A stretch of DNA of 64,000 nt, taken from positions 48,676-112,675 of the forward strand of contig JAQGMJ010000028.1 in the NCBI GenBank assembly GCA_028292405.1, written 5' to 3'. A program made the position numbers and the translations under genes. Below, in pieces: positions 57,809 through 64,000 of the stretch. Under the pieces are notes generated by a model that was not told the origin of the DNA, searched no databases, and saw only the letters and a program-made list of their open reading frames with translations. Position 1 is the first letter of the stretch; each line of letters starts with the position of its first letter. The DNA comes from Betaproteobacteria bacterium. GTDB taxonomy: Bacteria > Pseudomonadota > Gammaproteobacteria > Burkholderiales > JAEUOS01.

Positions 57809-58783
57809 TCAGTTGGCGTGGATGTTGAATTCCTTGATCACGCGCGACCAGGTGGCAATTTCGCTTTTGATCGTGGCCGCATGTTCTTCCGGCGTGGTGC
57901 CGGCAGGTTCCATCCCGAGGTCACGCATGCGCGCCTGGATCTCCGGCATCTTGAGTATGTGGTTGACCTCGGCCGAGAGCTTGTCGATCACCGGCTTGGG
58001 CGTGCCCGCGGTGGTCAGCAGGCCGTACCAGCCCACGACCTTGAAGCCGGGATAGGTCTCGGCCACCGTCGGAATCTCCGGAGCAGCGGCAAAGCGTGTG
58101 GCGCTGCTGACGGCCAGTGCCTTCAGCTTGCCGGTCTTCACGTGCGGCAGCGCCGCGGGCGCGACCGCGAAGGAAACTTGCACCTCGCCCGCCAGCAGGT
58201 CTTTCATCATGTCCGGCACGGTCTTGTAGGGCACGTGGACCAGGTTGATGCCGGCGGCGCGGTTCAGCAATTCAGCGGCCAGGTGCGGCGGCGTACCGCT
58301 GCCCGGCGTTGTGTAATTGAGTTTGCCGGAATTGGCCTTCGCCAGTTGCACCAGCTCCGGCAAGGTGTTGGCCTTGACGTTGCCGTTGATCACCAGGAAA
58401 AACGGCACCGTCGCCAGGTAGCTTACCGGCGCCAGGTCGCGCACCAGGTTGTAAGGCTTGACGGAGGCAAACAGGGTCTCGTTGATCGGGTCCGTCGCGG
58501 TGCCCAGCAGGATGGTGTAGCCATCGGACGGCGCCTTGGCGACACTGTCGGCCGCCACCAGGCCGCTGGCCGCCGGGCGCAGGTCGACCACCACCGGCTG
58601 CTTCCAGTCGTCGGTGATTTTTTCGCCCAGCATGCGCGCCAGGATGTCCGGGCTGGGGCCGACGATGAAGCGGATCGGCCGGTTCGGATAGTCCTGCGCG
58701 TGAACGGCGCATGTCAGCAGCGCACCGCAAAGCGCCGCCGCGTACTTGAGGAATTTGCCGCCGGGCCGCCCTGTATTTCGCAT
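57809..58783 (-). CDS. Bug/TctC substrate-binding protein (short first loop)
   Basis: YPNRPIRFIVGPSPD, SDGYTIL, HVPYK. Confidence 0.9.
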   Translation of the reverse strand: MRNTGRPGGKFLKYAAALCGALLTCAVHAQDYPNRPIRFIVGPSPDILARMLGEKITDDWKQPVVVDLRPAASGLVAADSVAKAPSDGYTILLGTATDPINETLFASVKPYNLVRDLAPVSYLATVPFFLVINGNVKANTLPELVQLAKANSGKLNYTTPGSGTPPHLAAELLNRAAGINLVHVPYKTVPDMMKDLLAGEVQVSFAVAPAALPHVKTGKLKALAVSSATRFAAAPEIPTVAETYPGFKVVGWYGLLTTAGTPKPVIDKLSAEVNHILKMPEIQARMRDLGMEPAGTTPEEHAATIKSEIATWSRVIKEFNIHAN

Positions 58784-58830
58784 GTCGTTACCCCCGAATC
58801 CCAGATGTCGCCAGTGTAGCGATTGCCGGA

Positions 58831-59796
58831 CTACTCCGGCTTGACGTTCGCGGCCTTGATGACGCGCGCCCACTTCACCGATTCCGCCTTCATGAAGGCG
58901 GCGAATTCCTCCGGCGTGCTGCCCACCGGATCGGTGGCCTGGGCGATCAGCTTCTCGCGCAACTCGGGGATCTGCAGCACCTTGGTGATTTCGCGCTGCA
59001 GGCGCTGCGCGATCTCGTGCGGCGTGCCGGCCGGCAGCAGCATGCCGTAGGCGTTGACCACTTCGTAGCCCGGCAGCGCCTCGCTGGCCGCCGGGATGTC
59101 CGGCAGGAACGACAGGCGCTTTTGCCCGGTGGAAGCCAGAGCGCGCAAGCGCCCGCTCTTGACGTGCTGCAGGCCGATGGCCACCGCGTCGAAATCGAAC
59201 TGCACCTGTCCGCCCATCAAGTCGTTCAGGCAAGGCGCGCTGCCCTTGTAGGGAATGTGGACCGTCTTGATGCCCGCTTGCAGGTTCAGCAACTCGCCCG
59301 CCAGATGCGGCAGGCCGCCGGTGGCCGAGGAGCAGAAATTCGCCTTGCCCGGATTGGCCTTGGCATAGGCGATCAACTCACCCACGGTCTTGGGCGCGAA
59401 GCCGGGATAGGAATAGAGCAAGAACGCCACCGAAGCCACCTGCGTCAGCGGCATCAAATCCTTTTCCATGTTGAACGTCAGGTTCGTCATGAAGATCGGG
59501 TTGATGCTGATGTTGCCGGTAGTGCCGAAAAATATGGTGTAGCCGTCCGGCGCCGACTTGGCGACGATATCGGTGCCCAGCGCGCCGGCGGCGCCTGGCT
59601 TGTTGTCGATGATCACCGGCTGGCCGAGAGCGCGGCCCAGTTCGGGCGCCATCAGGCGCGCCACGATGTCGATGCCGCCGCCCGGCGGAAAGCCGATCAC
59701 CACGCGTATCGGCCGTGAGGGATAAGCCTGCGCGGCGGCGCCGAGGCTCCAGCACGCGAGCACAAAGAAAAATGCCAACCTGGCAACAAGGCGCAC
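58831..59796 (-). CDS. Bug/TctC substrate-binding protein
   Basis: YPSRPIRVVIGFPPGGGID, PDGYTI, HIPYKGSAP. GTG start after GGGAG. Confidence 0.92.
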   Translation of the reverse strand: MRLVARLAFFFVLACWSLGAAAQAYPSRPIRVVIGFPPGGGIDIVARLMAPELGRALGQPVIIDNKPGAAGALGTDIVAKSAPDGYTIFFGTTGNISINPIFMTNLTFNMEKDLMPLTQVASVAFLLYSYPGFAPKTVGELIAYAKANPGKANFCSSATGGLPHLAGELLNLQAGIKTVHIPYKGSAPCLNDLMGGQVQFDFDAVAIGLQHVKSGRLRALASTGQKRLSFLPDIPAASEALPGYEVVNAYGMLLPAGTPHEIAQRLQREITKVLQIPELREKLIAQATDPVGSTPEEFAAFMKAESVKWARVIKAANVKPE

Positions 59797-59950
59797 GATT
59801 GTCTCCCGCGAAAACCGCTTGCAATAGAATCCCATATTGTAAGATAAGCCGCTACACCATCCCTGGCATCGCACGGGCATGCCGCCGATAAGTCCGGCCT
59901 GCGGATATCCGGCCTACAATTCTTTGCACCATCTACTGCAGATTACGCCC

Positions 59951-60640
59951 ATGTCCATGCAACGCCCGCCCCGCGTAGGTTTGATGGTGCCCATCAACAA
60001 CACCACCTTCGAGCCCGAGTTGCTGAAGTGGCTGCCTGCCGGCGCCACCTGCATGACCCTGCGCATCCCGCGCGGCCGCGGCCTGCTGACGCCGGAAACC
60101 CTCCCCGCCTACATGGAAAGCGCCCTTGAGTTGGCGAAACAGTTCGCCGATTCGGACGTCGACATCGTCGCCTACGGCTGCACCGCCGCCGGCTTCATTT
60201 CCGGCCCGGCCGGCGATGCCGCACTGTCCGAGAAACTCAGGCAGGTAACGCAAAAGCCGGTGGTAACCACCGCCCGCTCGATGGTGATTTCGCTGCAGGA
60301 AGCCGGCGTGAGCAACATCGGCCTGATCACCCCCTACATGGACTTGGTGAACCAGCAGCTCAAGGCCTTCCTGGCCGACGGCGGCATCCACACCCAACGC
60401 TTCGACAGCTTTTACGCAGAGACGGTGGACAAGCTCGGCGCCATTCAGGCACACGACGTGGCGGACCTGGCGCGGCGCACCATGGGGGAGGATTGCGACG
60501 CCATGTACATCGCCTGCGCCCAGTTGCCGACCTTCGACATTCTCGAGGGCCTGCGCACCGAGTTTCAGCGGCCCGTGCTCTCTTCCATCCTCAGCACCGC
60601 CCGCGAAGCAATGAAAGCCCTGGAACCACAGCCGGCCTGA
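59951..60640 (+). CDS. Maleate isomerase / arylmalonate decarboxylase (Asp/Glu racemase) family protein
   Basis: GLMVP.NNTT.E.E, YGCT, ITPY, IACAQL (two Cys). Confidence 0.87.
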   Translation: MSMQRPPRVGLMVPINNTTFEPELLKWLPAGATCMTLRIPRGRGLLTPETLPAYMESALELAKQFADSDVDIVAYGCTAAGFISGPAGDAALSEKLRQVTQKPVVTTARSMVISLQEAGVSNIGLITPYMDLVNQQLKAFLADGGIHTQRFDSFYAETVDKLGAIQAHDVADLARRTMGEDCDAMYIACAQLPTFDILEGLRTEFQRPVLSSILSTAREAMKALEPQPA

Positions 60641-60643
60641 GCG

Positions 60644-61804
60644 TCAGTCGGCCGCCCGGGAGCTGCGCTTGAGCGTGGTGCCCTCGATGCGCGTGAACAT
60701 GCCGCCGGAGCCGAGCATGATGCCGTTGCCCCAGAACACCGCGAACAGGCCGAACGCCGAGCCGACCACGCCGAACAGCAGTGGGCACAGCACCCGCGTC
60801 AGGTGATTGACGGTCATGCGCAGGCCAAGCGCCTCGCCGGAGCGCCCCTCGGAAGAATTGCTGAAGGTCATCATCATGGTGATCGGCTGGCTGCAGCCCA
60901 TGCCCATGCCGAAGGTGAACGACAGCAAGCCGAGGAGCCACGGGTTGGCGCAAAAGGGCACCAGGAAAAAGCTGACGGCGCCGACATAAAACGCCGTAGT
61001 GAGAATTCTTTCTTCCGAATAACGCTGCAGCGCCATCGGCATGATCGCCCGCACCACAAAGGCCGCCACGCTGAACATCGCCAATATCATGCCGATGGCC
61101 GAGGCCGAGAGCTTGATGTCGTGGCAATAGATCGGCAGGTAGAACTGGAACACGTCGATGCCCGTCACCACCAGGCTGCTGATGGCCAGCACGCGCCACA
61201 GGCCGGGCACGCCCAGGGCGCCGCGCAAACCGCCGCCGTGCGCGGCCGCCTTTGGTTCCCCCGCCGGCAACCGGTGGCCCGCGACCAGCAACAAGCCCAC
61301 CGGAACCAGCGCGATCACCGCCAGGTAAAGGCAGGCCGCGCCAAAGCCGGCATGGTCGATCGAAAACCCGGCGGCCAGCGGCCCGAGAAAGCCGGCCAGC
61401 GCCAGCATCAGGCTGAAGGTGTTGAAATTCTTCGAGCGCTCGCCTTCCGTGCTGAGCACACCCACCAGGTTCTGCAGGGTGACGGTGTAGAAGGTGAAGG
61501 ACAATCCCACCAGCCCCGCCGCGGCGAACAGCGCCGGTATGCCGCGAAACAGGAAGGGCAGTGCCATCCCCAGCACCCCGCAGATGCCGCCGAACAGCAG
61601 CAGCCAGCGCGCCCCAAAACGGTCCGCCCAGCGACCCACCGGCCAGGAGAGGAACATCGGGAAAACCGAAAACGTCGCCGCCAGAGCGCCGACTTCGACC
61701 GGCTGCGCCCCGAGCTGCAAGGCGAACAGCGCGAAAATCACCCGGCCAGCGCGCACCAGCGCCATATTCAGGAGCGCCAGGGCAAAGGTAAGATTCAGGA
61801 GCAA
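60644..61804 (-). CDS. MFS transporter
   Basis: Multiple TM helices; motif A GRWADRFGAR. Start uncertain (TTG). Confidence 0.9.
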   Translation of the reverse strand: MLLNLTFALALLNMALVRAGRVIFALFALQLGAQPVEVGALAATFSVFPMFLSWPVGRWADRFGARWLLLFGGICGVLGMALPFLFRGIPALFAAAGLVGLSFTFYTVTLQNLVGVLSTEGERSKNFNTFSLMLALAGFLGPLAAGFSIDHAGFGAACLYLAVIALVPVGLLLVAGHRLPAGEPKAAAHGGGLRGALGVPGLWRVLAISSLVVTGIDVFQFYLPIYCHDIKLSASAIGMILAMFSVAAFVVRAIMPMALQRYSEERILTTAFYVGAVSFFLVPFCANPWLLGLLSFTFGMGMGCSQPITMMMTFSNSSEGRSGEALGLRMTVNHLTRVLCPLLFGVVGSAFGLFAVFWGNGIMLGSGGMFTRIEGTTLKRSSRAAD

Positions 61805-61921
61805 GGTGAACGCGGGCGATGAGCACCGCCCCCGGTTAACGATAGACTTGGAGCCGCATTATCCCCCAATTCTCCGCTCGCAAGCAGGGCCTGGCCTGAA
61901 CATCTCTCAATGATCCGGCGG

Positions 61922-61941
61922 GAATCGGTTGCAACCGATTC
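61922..61941. promoter_or_regulatory. Perfect 20-bp palindrome GAATCGGTTGCAACCGATTC
   Basis: Lies between the divergent MFS and ihfB-like genes, 8 bp before TTGACA (61950-61955). Confidence 0.55.
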
Positions 61942-62005
61942 TTTCCTGCTTGACACCGCCGCAACCGCCTGATGTACGATAGCGGCAACCAACGCCAAAG
62001 CGCCC

Positions 62006-62335
62006 ATGAACCGATCCGAACTGGTCAGCACCCTCGCCTCCCATTTTCCTGAACTGGGATCAAGCGACGTCGACGCCGCCGTCAAGACGATCGTCGAGGC
62101 CATCGGCAATACATTGAGCCGCGGCGAGCGCGTCGAGATCCGTGGTTTCGGCAGCTTCAACGTCACCTATCATCCGGAACGCGCCAGCCGCAATCCGAAG
62201 ACCGGCGCGCCGGTGACAGTGCCTTCCAAGGCCTCGCCCAAATTCAAGCCCGGCCAGTTGCTGCGCGACCGGGTCGACAAGACCCGCCTGGAATCGGCAA
62301 ATCGGGAGCACGGCACGGCTCCCTCGGCACGCTGA
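62006..62335 (+). CDS. ihfB: Integration host factor beta-like protein (HU/IHF family)
   Basis: MNRSEL, GERVEIRGFGSF, RNPKTG, FKPG..LRDRV. Confidence 0.88.
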   Translation: MNRSELVSTLASHFPELGSSDVDAAVKTIVEAIGNTLSRGERVEIRGFGSFNVTYHPERASRNPKTGAPVTVPSKASPKFKPGQLLRDRVDKTRLESANREHGTAPSAR

Positions 62336-62433
62336 AGGTCACCCTTAAGGTCACCCGTTAGACCCGACGCTCAAACCTCCATCGCAGCGCGTCCTGTCCA
62401 CGCCGCCGCGACGTCGCCCGTTTGCCCTGAAGC

Positions 62434-63213
62434 CTAGCCGACGGCGCGCGCCGGCCTGTCCGCGCCATGCGCGCCTGAACCAATGCGTTCCGTCGCCTCC
62501 TGCGCGGCACTCATCACGGCCTGCGCCAGCCGGGGAAACTCCGCCTTTGTCACCTTGGCGTGGTGAAACACCAGGCCCATGCTGCCCAGCACGTCCCCCG
62601 CGCCGTTGAACAAGGGTGCGGCGATGCCGACGATGCCCGGCGAGAACTCGCCCCGCGTGATGCAATGCCCGGCCTCGCGCACCTGCGCCAGGTATTTGCG
62701 AAAGCCCTCCCAATCCGAACCCATGCCGGCGGCGGCAATACTCTTGCGATGCTTGGCATACAACGTGCGCTGCTGATGCGCCGCCAGGTAGGGCAGCATC
62801 ACCTTGGAAGCGGCGCCGACGAACAGCGGGCGGCGCTGGCCGCGCGCGAACATCTCCTCCGGCGCGTCGCGGTGGCGAAAGTCGCGCACGCACATCACCG
62901 TGTCAGAAAACAGGATGCACAGCATCGCGCTCTGCCGGGTCCTCGTCGCCAGCTTGACCATCGGCGGCCCGCCGCCCGTATACACCGGGTCGCTGGCGCG
63001 CACGTTGCGGTCGAGCTCGATGATCCGCGGCCCCAGCATGTAGGCGCCCTGCGCCACCGGCGTCAGCAGGCCGGCGTCCTGCAGCACCTTCACGTACCGG
63101 TAGCAGGTCGAACGCGAAGCGCCGGACCAGCGGATCAGGTCGTCGGTGCTCCACACCGGCACCGCCGGCGTGAACACGTCGAGCAGGCTGAGCATTTTTT
63201 CCAGGCTGTTCAA
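62434..63213 (-). CDS. IclR-family regulator
   Basis: NSLEKMLSLLDVF, SRSTCYRY, GAASKV, GIAAPLF. Start uncertain. Confidence 0.9.
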   Translation of the reverse strand: MNSLEKMLSLLDVFTPAVPVWSTDDLIRWSGASRSTCYRYVKVLQDAGLLTPVAQGAYMLGPRIIELDRNVRASDPVYTGGGPPMVKLATRTRQSAMLCILFSDTVMCVRDFRHRDAPEEMFARGQRRPLFVGAASKVMLPYLAAHQQRTLYAKHRKSIAAAGMGSDWEGFRKYLAQVREAGHCITRGEFSPGIVGIAAPLFNGAGDVLGSMGLVFHHAKVTKAEFPRLAQAVMSAAQEATERIGSGAHGADRPARAVG

Positions 63214-63386
63214 AGGTGCCGCCTTGCGTTTTTTTGTTGTTCGATGCGCTGCATGGATACGTTCACGCGCAGGCGCTACATAAGCCTGCCGCGCTATCAA
63301 AAAATCCCACATTGATGGATATCGCGAGGCGTTGATGCTAACATGCGCGCCTGTTCAAAAGGCCATGCCGCCCGAGGAAACCGCCG

Positions 63387-64000
63387 ATGTCCACCACCCG
63401 CACCAGGCTCGCCGCGGCCGCCCTCGCCCTGTGCGCCGGCGCCTCCGCGTTCGCGCAAACTGCCTGGCCCGACAAGCCGGTGAAAATCATCGTGCCCTTC
63501 GCCGCCGGCTCCTTTACCGACCTGGCCGCGCGCTCGCTGGCGGTGGAACTCGGCCAGCAACTGAACCAGCAATTCATCGTCGACAATCGCGGCGGCGCCG
63601 GCAGCACGCTGGGCGCCAACGCCGTGGCCAAGTCGGCCGCCGACGGCTACACCCTGCTGCTGAGCGACAACTCCTTCGTCATTGCCGCCGCCCTCTACCC
63701 CAAGCTGCCCTACGATGCGCTGAAGGACTTCACCCAGGTCTCCCTGCTGGCCGAATCACCTTCGCTACTCACCGCGCGCAGCGAGCTGCCGGCGAAAAAC
63801 CTGAAGGCGCTGATCGATCTCGCCAAGTCCAAGCCGGGCGAACTCACCTTCGGCTCCGGCGGCCAGGGCTCTTCCGCCCATCTGGCGATGGAACTCTTCA
63901 CCGGCACCGCCGGCATCAAGATGACCCACGTGCCTTACAAGGGCATCGCCGCCGCCATCTCCGAAGTGCTGGCCAACCGCATCGACGTGGCGATTGCCAG
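63387..64000 (+). CDS. Bug/TctC substrate-binding protein (runs off window)
   Basis: MSTTRTRLAAAALAL..AQTAWPDKPVKIIVPFAAGSFTD, ADGYTLL, HVPYKG. Not in the ORF track. Confidence 0.92.
   Translation, partial: MSTTRTRLAAAALALCAGASAFAQTAWPDKPVKIIVPFAAGSFTDLAARSLAVELGQQLNQQFIVDNRGGAGSTLGANAVAKSAADGYTLLLSDNSFVIAAALYPKLPYDALKDFTQVSLLAESPSLLTARSELPAKNLKALIDLAKSKPGELTFGSGGQGSSAHLAMELFTGTAGIKMTHVPYKGIAAAISEVLANRIDVAIA

Noticed and set aside
62335-62356. AAGGTCACCC direct repeat after ihfB (also CCGGCAATCC twice near 34450)
   Set aside because: 10-bp repeats are too short to interpret without comparative data.

Overview
High-GC window that looks betaproteobacterial (Burkholderiales-like), inferred from eight Bug/TctC solute-receptor genes plus one fragment. 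It is densely coding, with about 45 real genes. Most long antisense or alternative-frame ORFs in the track are GC shadows. I saw no rRNA, tRNA, CRISPR array, transposase or integrase. Content from left to right: an SDR 3' end; an intergenic block of palindromic repeats; an MmgE/PrpD plus Bug pseudogene scar; a GntR with a leuCD-like/bug/bug operon; a low-complexity His/Ser/Gly protein; kdpDE without kdpABC, led by a 60-aa gene behind tandem KdpE-type boxes; Fur-boxed hemP; a GntR-centred nitrilase / tartrate dehydrogenase / PanE-like / Bug / OsmC / ModA-like cluster; an exported polysaccharide deacetylase-caspase-TPR fusion; amidase, BMP and acetamidase genes; an AT-richer FkbM methyltransferase; a TPP-dependent E1 alpha/beta pair; HD-GYP plus PAS kinase; a membrane Ser/Thr kinase with a PhnD-like sensor; a DUF3857 transglutaminase; a TsaC/YrdC paralog coupled to a Bug; a cyclase; an MdtABC-OMF efflux pump; an SsuABC-type ABC transporter with a cupin; hydrolase, beta-propeller, maleate-isomerase-like and MFS genes; an ihfB-like gene; IclR and a final Bug. 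Best candidates for undescribed systems: the deacetylase-caspase-TPR fusion, the kinase-solute-binding receptor, the small-protein/kdpDE unit and the TsaC-paralog/Bug pair. All family calls come from motif recognition by eye; no database searches were run.
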